Shown here piece by piece: positions 52,222-64,000 of a DNA stretch of 64,000 nucleotides (position 1 is its first letter; each line of letters starts with the position of its first letter). This stretch comes from the human T2T-CHM13v2.0 reference genome, Homo sapiens: assembly GCF_009914755.1 (NCBI RefSeq), contig NC_060947.1. One strand, written 5' to 3'. A model generated the notes under the pieces. The model made no database searches and was not told the DNA's origin. It saw only the letters and a program-made list of their open reading frames with translations. The position numbers and the translations under genes are program-made.

Positions 52222-52812
52222 GAGGTTAAGTAACTTACCCCAAAATCCATAGCCAGCAGACCAGGATTTAGAGCTGGAGACTGCGATATTCAAGGCAGAT
52301 CTCAGAAAAGGACCCAGTGGGCTTAAGATTTAAAGTATGGAGAGCATCATATACAGTGAAGCCTCAGACTCTCAGCTTTATGAGGGTAGAAACCATGTAT
52401 ATTATGTTCATTGTGGGATCCAGCACAGAATGTATTCCAGGCCTGACACAGTCCTTGTGCTCTTTCAGTGCTTGTTGACTCATTGATTTTTGATAAGGCA
52501 GAGAAATGCACAACCAAGACATGAAACTTTGGTACATAAATTTAATGAACAAATGCCTATATTTATATTTGTTCTTTTATTTAATAAATATTCTATTGAG
52601 CCTCTACTATGTGCCAGGTGTTAGAAGTAGAAAAATGAATACAATGTGGTTTTTTTGCCCATGAAGAACTCATGTATGGAGATATATGCATACAGCCCAA
52701 CCTTTTCTCTCAATTTCTCTCACTTGCTGTCTGGGTCTCTCCTAAGGCTCATCATGTGTTACCTGGTGTTAAAGTTTTGTTTTTCATGTGTTTGTGTGTG
52801 CATGCATTCTTT

Positions 52813-53414
<602 letters not shown>

Positions 53415-53471
53415 TGATTATAGTTACTTCAGGCAAACTCCACCTATTATTCACCTTTGTAACCCCAGGAG

Positions 53472-53659
53472 CAGTGCTACTCTAAGTTTGGTCCATGGAC
53501 CAGAAGCATTAGCATCACTTGGGAGCTTGTTAGAACTGCTGACTCTGGACTCTACCCCCAGACCTACTGCACTAGTAGCTCTGGGGGTGGGACCCAGGAA
53601 TTTGTGTTTTAGCATTTCTCCGGGAGGTCCCCATGCATGCTCCAGTTTGAGAAGCACTG
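53472..53659. mobile_element. MER5A element
   Basis: cagtgctactc...gcatcacttgggagcttgttagaa...ccagtttgagaagcactg. Confidence 0.85.
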
Positions 53660-54814
53660 CTAAGGATAGGGAAGCCAGGTTCTGTCATGTGTGATTGCTC
53701 AATAAATAATTTTTGCTTGATTGCATACATAAATTACTGTATGAACAGGGAAAGTGGGTTGGTCTTACTAGGTCTGGGCATGACTCCAAGCATCCATTTT
53801 GCCAAGTCTGCGGAGACTGTGAGGAGGTGGAGTCGTATTTCCTTCCCTCTCAGAAAATTTGGATGGATGTGTTTAAATGGCTGGGAAGATAGACTCCATC
53901 AGCATCAATGTGGGAAATGGTGAGCAACTGAGCATGAAACCTGATGGGAACCAAGTGAATGGGCCAGTTCGTAATGAAGGCCAGAAGATAAAACAGGGTG
54001 GAGTGATGATTTCACAGAAGGGCTGAGAACTCTGTGCAGATGGTTTGGGGCAAGATGCTAAAGCCACAAGTTTACAAGAATTGTATGCTTGGGACTCTTT
54101 TCTGTTCCAGGGACTTATTACAAATTAAGCCCTCCCTATTCCTGCATATGTGGCAGAGCCTTGCTGTAAATCTATTTCAAACTGTTTTTTCTTTCTCATC
54201 TTATTCTCCTTTTCTCTTTCTTTAACTCTTCCTTCCCTCTCTATCTCCTTTTTCCTTTCTGACCAAGAGGCTATTGTTGTCCGTGTTTTGATCAGGGCTA
54301 AAGCTACCCTGTGGCATAACATTTGTTAAGGACAAGGATGTGTGGGTTTTTGTGAGTAATCAGCAGCTGCTTTTGGAGTCATGGTTTTAAGGAATCTCCC
54401 TTCCTCAATAGTGTGATCATTCCCTCCTCCCAACACCCCCTTCCAAAAGAGAAAACTTGCATAAGAGCAGTTGGCTCAATATAATAAAATATAGCTTGGC
54501 ATCATGAGCTTTATAAACAAGAGGCATTTAATACACTGCATAGAGTTTTGGCAGTGGGAGGGACAGTAGCAGCCAAGGAGACACATATGGCTGGGTTTAG
54601 CAGCATCCTGGGCTCATAGGAAGAGGATCCCCAGCTTTAGATCCCTGTTGGGGGGAGGTTGGGTGAACAAGAGGTTAGAAAGATGAAGATGGTTCAGCAT
54701 CCAGGGAACACTGTTATACCCACATTTTCCCAAGTACAATGTTTATTTATTTATTTTTCATAAACAATTACCTAGTGCCTGTTTTAGGTCAGGCACTGTT
54801 CTCTAAGCCTTTAC

Positions 54815-55380
54815 ATTTTTCAGAGCAGCTTTATTAAGATATAATTTACATGCCATAAAGCTCACCTATTTTATTTTATTTATTTATTTATTTTTAATTT
54901 ATAAACAAAAGAGGTTTAATTGAATCACAGTTCCACACTGCTGAGGAGACCCCAGGAAACTTAAAATCATGGTGGAAGGTGAAGGGAAAGCAAAGCACAT
55001 GTTACATTGCTGCAGGCAAGAGAGTGTACACAGGGGAAACCGCCACTTTTAAAATCATCAGATCTGGTGAAAGCTCACCTATTTTAAATGCACCATTCAA
55101 TGATTTTTTTTTTTTAGTGAATTTACAGAGAAATGCTACCATCTTCACAATCTGATTCTGTCACCTCTTATGCCCATTTACAGTTAATTCCAAATCACAC
55201 CCCCAGCCCCAGACAACCATTAATTTACTTGCTCTCCCTATTAATTTGTCTTTTCTGGACAGCTGATGTAAATTGAATCATATAATATGTGATCTTTTGT
55301 GACTGGCTTCTTTCACTGAGAGTAATGTTTCTGTTTGTTCCTTTTGATTGCCAAATGGCATTCTGTTATATAGATAGGGT
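54815..55380 (-). mobile_element. L1MB-like 3' fragment, interrupted by the THE1/MST retrocopy
   Basis: cagctttattaagatataatttacatgccataaa|...tttaaatgcaccattcaatg...ttttgtgactggcttctttcact. Confidence 0.82.
54874..55069 (-). mobile_element. Polyadenylated THE1D/MSTA-type LTR fragment (processed retrocopy)
   Basis: LTR segment aaaagaggtttaattg...catcagatctggtg preceded by a T-rich tail; 17-bp TSD aaagctcacctatttta at 54857-54873 and 55070-55086. Confidence 0.88.
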
Positions 55381-55560
55381 GCTTTACATTTATAACCTCA
55401 ATTCATTCTTATAAGAACCCCATGAGGTAGTTGCTTCTGTTATCAGCAATTACAGATGAGGAAACTGAGGCACAGTTAGGAAGTTGAGGGGTAACGATTC
55501 AAGCCCAGGGAGTCTGACCTCAGAATCTGTGCTCTTGGGCTCTCTTGCTATGTTGCCTCT
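55380..55560 (-). mobile_element. MIR SINE
   Basis: ttacagatgaggaaactgaggcacag. Confidence 0.8.
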
Positions 55561-56220
55561 CCATAGGTACAAAATATGTATTCACTTCTAACTTGGAGAG
55601 TTTCTTTGATATAATGACCACTGAATTTATTGAATACCTACTTTGTGCGTGGAACTTTGCTAGGTACTGTGATGGACTGAGACAGGTTTTGTACCTTCAA
55701 GGAATGTAGCATTTTATTTGGTAGAGAAGACTCAGATCCACGTGATCAAGTGGATTCTCTAGGGCCACACAGAATTCCATGTGATCCAAAGCCTAAATGC
55801 ACACGCCAGGTATCGAAAGTCAACAAGACAATGATGGTAGTGAGAAGAGCCAAGGAAAGCTTTTCAGGGGAGGTAACATTGAGCTAGTTCCATCTCCTTG
55901 GCCTAATCAATCCCAAATTCCATGAATGGAAGCTTGGAATTATTTAGAGCCCACCATTTGTCATCATGTCCCTTCCAAACACAAAGTCCTTTTCTTGGTG
56001 TGTTCCAACTTTTAGATCCCATGTGTGTGACTATAATTACACCAAGAAGCTTTTCCTCTTAAGCTGTTTTTAATAGACATGTCTTAAAGAGGGGTTGTTC
56101 TCTTTAGAAAAACTAGTTGCTTCACAACATCCAGTTCTTGGGCTGGCCACAGAAGCCTGGCAGACAGGGAATCAGAAGTAAGAATGGTACATGGAACTAC
56201 ATGTTAGACTCTACAAGGCC

Positions 56221-56739
56221 TGTTACAGTTAGCTTGTGCTGTGTAATAAACCACCCCAACACTTAATGGCATAAAACAACAACCATTTATTTGGCTTACA
56301 ATTCTGTGGGTCATCCGGGCAGTTTTTCTGCTCTGGACTGGTTCAGCAAACCTTTTGGGCTCACGTGCATCTGTGGCCAGTAGGGCTTGTGGCTGAGCCA
56401 CAGATCTGGCTTTTGGCTGGCCATTGGTCAGGGTGACTTAATTCTCTTCCATGTGGTCTCTTATCCTTCAGCTGACTAGCTTCGGCTCATTCACAAGGTA
56501 GACAGACACAGGGTTCCTAAGAGCAACAACAGAGTCCCAGTTCCTAAGCCTCTTTTCAAGCCTCTGCTTGCATTATGTTTGCTAATGGCCCATTGTCCAA
56601 AGCAAGTCACATGGTCAGCTCAGATTCAATGAGTGAAGAAATAGATTCTACATCATGATGGGAGATCTGCAATGTTATATTGCAAGGATGTTAATGCAGA
56701 AAAAGGATGAATTTGTGGCCATTTAAATAATTATCCACC
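56221..56739 (-). mobile_element. MaLR LTR (MLT1G/H-like)
   Basis: gctgtgtaataaaccaccccaacacttaatggcataaaacaacaaccattta...ccaaagcaagtcacatgg...gaatttgtggccatt. Confidence 0.82.
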
Positions 56740-56769
56740 AAGTTAGAGAGTATAATAGCGACAAGGTCA

Positions 56770-57370
56770 GCCAACACATTTATTAAATGTTTACAGAGTG
56801 TAGGTACTATTTAAGTACTATATATATATTCATTTAAGCCATACAACAGCTCTGAGAGCTAGGTGTTATTTTTTCCCTTATTTTTCAGAGGAATGACTTG
56901 TAGCTCTGAGAAGTGAAGTAAAGTGAGAAGTTGGCTAAAAATCATACAACTAGTAAGAGGTGGCCCCAGGATTCTTTTCCAGGCAGTCTGGCTTCAGAGT
57001 CTGTGGGCTCTTAACCACTATAACATCCTGCCCATTATGAGCTTATTGAAATTGAGTTGATGTGCCACCAAACTATAGGGATAATGATTAGTACGTAGTA
57101 ACATTAATTGAAGACCTAGGATGTGCCTGGCACTGTTCCAAGTACTTTACATACGTTATGGTATTTAAATATATGTAAAGTACATTGAAATGTACTTTAT
57201 GAAAGTACAAGGCAATCTGATCCATCAAAGACTGCTTTTATCCCCATTTCACAGATGAGGAAACCAAAGCTCCAAGAAGTAAGTTATATGTTGAAGAGGT
57301 TGCACAGTTAGTATATGGGCAATTTAAGATTCAAATCCAGGTCTGAAGGGTCAACTGTCTTATCTAATTC
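56770..57370 (-). mobile_element. Two MIR SINEs (about 56770-57030 and 57090-57370)
   Basis: aggcagtctggcttcagagtc...tcttaaccact; atccccatttcacagatgaggaaacc. Confidence 0.75.
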
Positions 57371-57574
57371 ACGGCATCGTTTCACTTATTTACACTTTAT
57401 TTCACAGTCTCAATTTACAGACATGGGGGAGGGGGATCTGAAAACTCTCCAGAACACAGATGATAATAATAAGAAAGAAGAATAAGGGGCATAGAGCAGA
57501 GCATCTAGAGTCATTGTCACAAAGCCCATGTATTTGCTGGGGAAGTTTTTTGGTTGATATTGATATTTCTTGTC

Positions 57575-57682
57575 CATTGTGTATGTTGGAGCTGACTGTG
57601 CACTGCCCTCACTCCAAGGGGTACCAGTAGCATGAGCTGTGATGCAAATAGCACACTGGGTTGTGCAATGTGGCACCCATGC
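57575..57682. mobile_element. MER91-like hAT-Tip100 remnant
   Basis: tgtgcactgccctcactccaagggg...gatgcaaatagc...gggttgtgcaatgtggcaccc. Confidence 0.45.
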
Positions 57683-58215
57683 AATGCTCCCATGCTCACT
57701 CATCTGGGTCTCCACCTTGCATAAATTAGCAAAGCAATTAAAATGGACTTAAGTAAAAAATCTGACAACAGCTTATAAGCTCATTACCATAGGACAATGA
57801 AGGAAATTTCCGAAGAACTAGTTTACCAAAAAGCACAACAACTCAAAGTAAGAGAGTTTGGGCAGTTGATGTAGAGACAAATAGCCCATAAAAAGCACCA
57901 TAGCTCCTGGGGATTTGCTGGGGGGGAGGGCAGGTCATTGTCTTGCTACTTGGTATAATGGTGGGGTTTTTTTTTTTCCCCCGGAGGAAGAAAGTTTAGA
58001 TTAGGTTTATATGCTTTGGTGTTCAGAGGAAGGAATTAAATAATGTAATTTGGAAAGGTTGTCATAGATGATCATGATGATGATATTAGTATTTCTTGGG
58101 TAAAGCATATCATACCCTGAAAGGCCAGATAAATAGGATATTATTGAAACTGATATTCCAGGGTTGCTGTGGCCTCTTGTGATCCCTGACTTTTCAGATT
58201 TTTGCCTCTTGATTT

Positions 58216-58858
58216 TGTTGGGGCCAAGGGAAAGGTTCCCTTTTGCCATCTGGAGGTTCACTGAAAATCACTGGCGAGAGGCAGATTGATTAAACTGTTA
58301 AAAAGGCATGTAAATGTACTTAATATGTATACATGGGAGCCTTCAGGATGAAGACCTAAAGATCCAGGGGAAATTGTCCATTTTTATGCTTAGGCTTAAC
58401 AAAGTATGGAGAGCTTTGGAGAAACAGGGATAAAAAGGGCCTGATCGAATGCTGATAGACTGAGTGGGGAAACCCAGCAAGGCCTGTCTGTCTAGATCCT
58501 TCTTGGCCTCTCTGAGCAGCATTCCTTTCTCCTGGGTGTGGGGCAGAACCCTCTGGAATGGGGGTCTTATAACCTGCAGTCAAACAAAGTAGGTCCAAGA
58601 ATTTCTTTGTAGCCAATTTTTACACAGAAAAGCAGAGTGAAAATTAGAGTTGTATTTTTAGGTTTATGGCTGGCTTTGGGGAAAAGGTGTTTTGGTTTCT
58701 ATGACCTGCCTTGGGGGAGAGGAATTCTAGTTTCCATGGGTAGCCTTGGAGAGAATGGGACTGAGAGATAGAGGCAGGAGAAGGTCAGAGAAAAACTTTT
58801 GCTTCTGAGGCTGCTGCTGAGGCCTTCATTTTGGGGTATTGTTTTTTGAGTCCCACCA
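58216..58858 (-). mobile_element. MER39-like ERV1 solo LTR
   Basis: The reverse strand begins tggtgggactcaaaaaacaataccccaaaatgaaggcctcagcagcagcctcagaagcaaaagtttttctctgacc; TG...CA ends. Confidence 0.85.
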
Positions 58859-61800
58859 GTTTCCTGTAGGGTTGATGTAATTCCAAAGACAGAAAAGTGA
58901 GGACTCTCAGAGATCAAGGAGATGGCCCAGTGACCCTTTAAGACTTGTGAAAGAGCATGACTCAAGCAGCTTTCAGACTCAAGAGCTGGCTGGTTCCTCA
59001 CTGGGAGGGTTTGCACCTAGCCTTGAGGGTGGTTGTGAAGAGTCAGTGCATAACAATGAGAAGCCACAGCAAACAAGTCTGTCCTGGATTGACCAGTGTC
59101 CTGAAATGAGTCCCCACCTCCACATCCCACCTCCTATAATTAAGTGATGGAAAGGACTCCCATTTCTAAAATGCTCTGAAGATCAGATAACAGAGGGAAA
59201 ATGAAGATAAGGGGAGAGGTGATTCTTCTGAATCTCTAGGGTTGGTGCCAGCAGCCAGCTGCAAGAATCAACTTGGGAGATCCCAGCTTAGTGTTTCACC
59301 AGAAAATAGCCCACCATTGTGCTCAGAGAAAGCTTTCATCCTCCCTTTGTCCCACCATTGTACTCCTTTACTTTATGAGAACTTTGAGAAAAATCCTAGA
59401 GCCAGATGCCTCATGTCCCCATATATAGCCAGGTCTGCCTTTGGTCCACCAGCAGCCATGTCATGGTAGCGGTGCATCTGTAAAGGGAGAAGAGGAGGCT
59501 AGAGCCAGCTGCATGGAAATACCAGCCTGCCAAACCAAGGCGGGCATGATCTCTGATGCTCTAGCTGGCAATACATGGACACTGGTATATCGGCAAAGTG
59601 CTTTAAATTCCTGGGAAGAAAGATGTAGAACGGAAGGTGGGAACTTGCAGCCAGCTTATGAGAGCCATTACCATGGCCAGCAAGTCACTGATGCACAAAT
59701 GTATATTTATGGGGGCAGCAAGGAGATCTATGTCTCCAGGTAAGTCCCTTAGAGTGACTGCAATTGTGGATTGTAGGTGTCTGGGGTGCTGAGTTTGACC
59801 AGAGCTCAGAAACTTTTGGATGGTTTTGGGAAGAGTGCAATGATACTGTGGGGCAAATAAATGGATGCAGTTGGCTGCTTGACTCATAAAAGTCTTGGTA
59901 AATGCCCCAAAGCAAAAATATGGAAGGAATTAAAGAAGCACTTTGGAGGCCTCGATTTAAATTTCTTTTCTGTGTATCATATGTGGTCAAGACAGCCGCA
60001 GAGATATTAAAGGAAAGGACTCTTTATGCCCTTGTTGGTGCAGGGCTCAGATAAGGGTGAGGTTGTTCTTTGTTAATATTTATAATGGTATTTGTGGAGA
60101 TGAATAAAAAATGAAATTCCCTTTGGCTAATTTCTCAGATTGCTGGAGGAGTAGATGAAGAGGCAAGAATAGGGTTGCATGCATCTCAGAAGAATCTGCT
60201 CTTCCAGGACAAAAAAAAAAAAAAAATTACTCCTTACATAATGGAAGCTAGAGTCTAAGAGAATGTTCCCTTTCTCTGGGAACACATCATTTTTGCTTTT
60301 CACTGTTTTATACTTTTGTGTGTGGCAATTTCTATTTGCCCTGTCTATGTTAAAGCATCATATTCATCAGTGTGTGGTTCTACTTTATCATGTGTAATGT
60401 CTAACATGCCAAAGCTGTTTTACATCCATTGCCTGAAAGAGCTTAAATCTTGCTGTGTGCTCACCCAGCGACACCCTCCTTGCCCCTGGGGAAGCAGCAT
60501 TCTGCCAGTCTATTCTTTCCTCTATGGCCTACCTTCGTTATATAACGGAATTTGAATGTCTAGCATATGGTGATTAGCTGGGACACTGGGTGTGTAAGCA
60601 TGCCCTGCAAAATGATGTGCATCTGCATGCATGTGCCTTCCTACAAATGCAAACAGAGCACAGATCACAGATGTGGTTATTGTGGAGGTAATTATACATT
60701 TGGTCTGAAACCAAATAAAGTTTTGCCCTCCTGCCCTGTCGGGCATCATATTTACCTCATTGACCAAGAGAGAGCTGCAGTGGGGCAGGCAAGAGGGTGA
60801 GGCTGGAGAGAAGGAGATAGAGATGCCATATGGAAGTGGTTGGAAAACAGATGGGGGAAGTCTGGAAAAATCCAATTTGTTGTTCTCAGGTGTTTAAAGG
60901 AATGTCTCCATGTTAGGACATTAGAATGGATTTCAGTGCTCAAGACAGGTTAGAATTAGATAATGCAAGGCCACTTCCCAGGTAGAATTGGTATATAACT
61001 AAGCTTTGAATAATGATGTTGAATTAGTGGCTGATCAATAAATGGAAAGGCTAGGTCTATTTAGGCAGGCTTGAGTGGAAGAAGTTGGCCAGAGTTGGGC
61101 TAGTCAAGCACCTCGTAGTGGAAAGAAGAGTCTGAAAATAATCTTATTGTAATCTTGTCAACAATAAAATGGGATGGAGGAACAGAAAGTTCTTTGCTGG
61201 AGGGTTGACAAATCTGGTTGCATCACTGGGGCAGAAGCCACTGCCAGGAGATCCGTTATCTAACGCCAGACCCCTAGCATCTCCTTTGTTATTATCACCT
61301 CAGAGGGGGGTTTTGATGCAGTCCAGAAACATAGACCTTCCTGTCCTGGGCAATGCACATATCCAACTTTTATGCCATTGTCTGTACCTTTAGAGGTGAT
61401 AGAAGCTTGTTTGATGTGTTTGATCCCGTGATGTGAGAAGCTGGACACTCTCTTTGTAGGTTCCTTTCATGGGCTTCTGTTGAAGAAAATCAGATTTGAA
61501 AACAGTCATGCATAAGCTCTGGATGTCCACGTGAGCCTGCTGTTAATGTACAGAGGCCAATGGACCCACAAGGAGTAAAAGATTTCTTTTTACTGGCTCC
61601 TGTACTCAGCATCTAGTCTCAGGGCATAAGAGCTTAGCAGGCCCTGGAAGGGCTTCAGATTCCTGGTCCTCAGACATGGTAAGAAGAAGGGAACAGCCCT
61701 GGATCTCCTGCTTGACTCCTAATCCAGTGGTATTTCTGCTCTACCATTTTTTAAAATTACCTTTTCTTCTACATTACCTTAATGTTCCTAATTAATGAAG

Positions 61801-63134
61801 ATGGTCTTACTGAAGTTGTCTTTTCTTTCTTTTAAATTCCAAAAAAAGAAAAAAAGACAGAAATGTACTTTTACTTACTAAGGGGAGTTCATCTAGTTTC
61901 CCAGAACTGTTGTTCTTTCCTTTCAGCTACAAACACAGCATCTCATCTCTTGGTTTCATTTAAAACTAAACAAATGAACTTAATAAGATTTCATGATTAT
62001 AGGAGTTGGGCATACTGAGTTCCTACTACCTTAGGACTCTTTCTTGAGAATGGAGGGCCATGGAGAGGTGACATTAAATTTCATAGTGATTAAAATTAGA
62101 TTTTTAGTTCATAGCAATTTAGTTTACCATTCCTTCAAATTATAATTTTGCCAATTATAATTGAACATGTTTTTAGAACCTGAATTTTCTCACTTAAAGT
62201 GATTCCCCTAAATATCATTTTAAAAATTAAATTAATTACCATTGCACTAATTAATTCCTTAATTGGCTCTTAACCCAAGAATTAGATTGCCTAGATTTTA
62301 ACAGAGAAAGCAAAACAGACAAAAACAACAAAACCACACAAGGATTTTTTTCTTAACCAGAATATTCTGAAGGGATCATTTGATCAGATCTATGGTATGT
62401 AGGTGAAACTGGGATAAAACATTTTTTAAAAGACATTATATAATTGATAAGAGCCATATTTTTGACTTGATTAATTGGCTATTTTGATTAATTAAAAATA
62501 TGTAAAATATACTTAGACCCTCTCCATGAGAAAGAACAAATTTGTGGATTTGAACACATGATTATAAATAATCATTTTTATTTTTGTCTCTTACTGTCCC
62601 CCACTGCCACCCCAGGGATTTGGGAATGGGCTGTCTCTGCTTATATTAAGAACATGTAAAAAATAGACTCATTGATCTATCATAACAGAGAAAGGAAACA
62701 AAGCCATGGGATTTCTAGACATGACATGTAATTCTTATACTCTTCTCACCTTCCATACCCTCTGCTGGTTTTTCCCATCATGCTATTTGCCAGTGTTAAA
62801 AAAAAATGAGGAATGAGCTCACCATGTCATCTAAAATAAAAAAAGAAAAGTTCCTTGCCATCGATCACAGTTTGTAAAGTACTTTAAAATCTTTCTCTTG
62901 GAGCTTGAGATGTGAGCCTTTGGCAGCTTCAGTCATATATGAGGGGCCTGAAAGAAGGTGTCTCGCAGTGTGGAAGTTGCTGTTTCCATTCACTCTCAGC
63001 TCATCATTTAAAGATATTGGGAGAGAGCTTTTTTTTTTTTTCTTACTGAGAACACCAAAACCGATGATCACCACAGGAAGACTTAGTTACTATCACAGCT
63101 CAGCCTCACCAAAAATTCTTTTTCATTTTTTTAA

Positions 63135-63448
<314 letters not shown>

Positions 63449-63454
63449 TAATAC

Positions 63455-63950
63455 ATTTTTTAAATTGAAGCATAACATACACATAGAAAACTGTACCAAA
63501 ATTAACAGTATAGCTTGGTGAGTTTTACCAACGAATATTATAAGCACCCCAGAAGCCCTTCCTGTCTCTGTCCACCTGCCCTGCCCCCAGGATAGCCACT
63601 CTTATGACTTCTAACCCCATAGATTAATTTTCTTGTTTTGAACTTTATATAAATGGAATCATACAGTATGTGCCCTTTTATACCTGGTCTCTTTTGTTCC
63701 ACATTATGTTTGTGAGAGTCAACCATGTCATGGTGTATAGTAGTGGTTCATTCATCCATATTCCATTCCATGGTGTGAATAGACCACAATGTATTGATCC
63801 AGTCTGCTCTCTATGGGCATTTGGATATTTTCCAGTTTGGGGCTATTACTAGCAGTGCTTCTGTGAACATTCTTGGGTGTGACTTTTGGAAAACATGCGT
63901 TTGTATTTCTGTTGGGTATATATCCAAGGGAGGAAATTCTGGATCATTCA
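63455..63950 (-). mobile_element. Old L1M (L1MC/ME-like) 3' fragment
   Basis: aaattgaagcataacatac...tgaactttatataaatggaatcatacagtatg...ccagtttgggctatta. Confidence 0.85.
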
Positions 63951-64000
63951 AGAGGGACTATTCATAAATCTCGTTTTGCTTTTTTCCTCCATCTTCTCTA

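Noticed and set aside
59441-59745. Perfect splice donor CAG|GTAAGT at 59739/59740 ending a 100-aa ORF
   Set aside because: There is no convincing upstream acceptor with a pyrimidine tract and no recognisable protein similarity. Such donors occur by chance in 64 kb, though a non-coding exon is not excluded.

Overview
Primate (very probably human) non-coding genomic DNA. It contains AluJ/S/Y, MIR, L2, old L1M fragments, MaLR/ERV1 LTRs and hAT-type MER elements, separated by repeat-free islands rich in homeodomain motifs that look like enhancers. I found no credible protein-coding exon, tRNA, rRNA or CRISPR array. The listed ORFs are explained by Alus, microsatellites or chance. Most L1 and LTR elements lie on the - strand, which suggests a large intron of a + strand gene; I cannot name the gene. 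The main structural findings are: (i) a 5'-truncated, polyadenylated HERV-H env/LTR7 retrocopy lacking U5 (40259-41261); (ii) a polyadenylated THE1/MST LTR fragment with a 17-bp TSD (54857-55086); (iii) two Alus fused head-to-tail under a single 16-bp TSD (52797-53402); (iv) short templated duplications and fold-backs (46555/48758, 50711/52627, 57142-57209); and (v) a 74-nt near-perfect hairpin (20471-20544). I see no evidence of a new multi-gene system. Repeat subfamily names come from my recollection of consensus sequences. Boundaries of old repeats are approximate.
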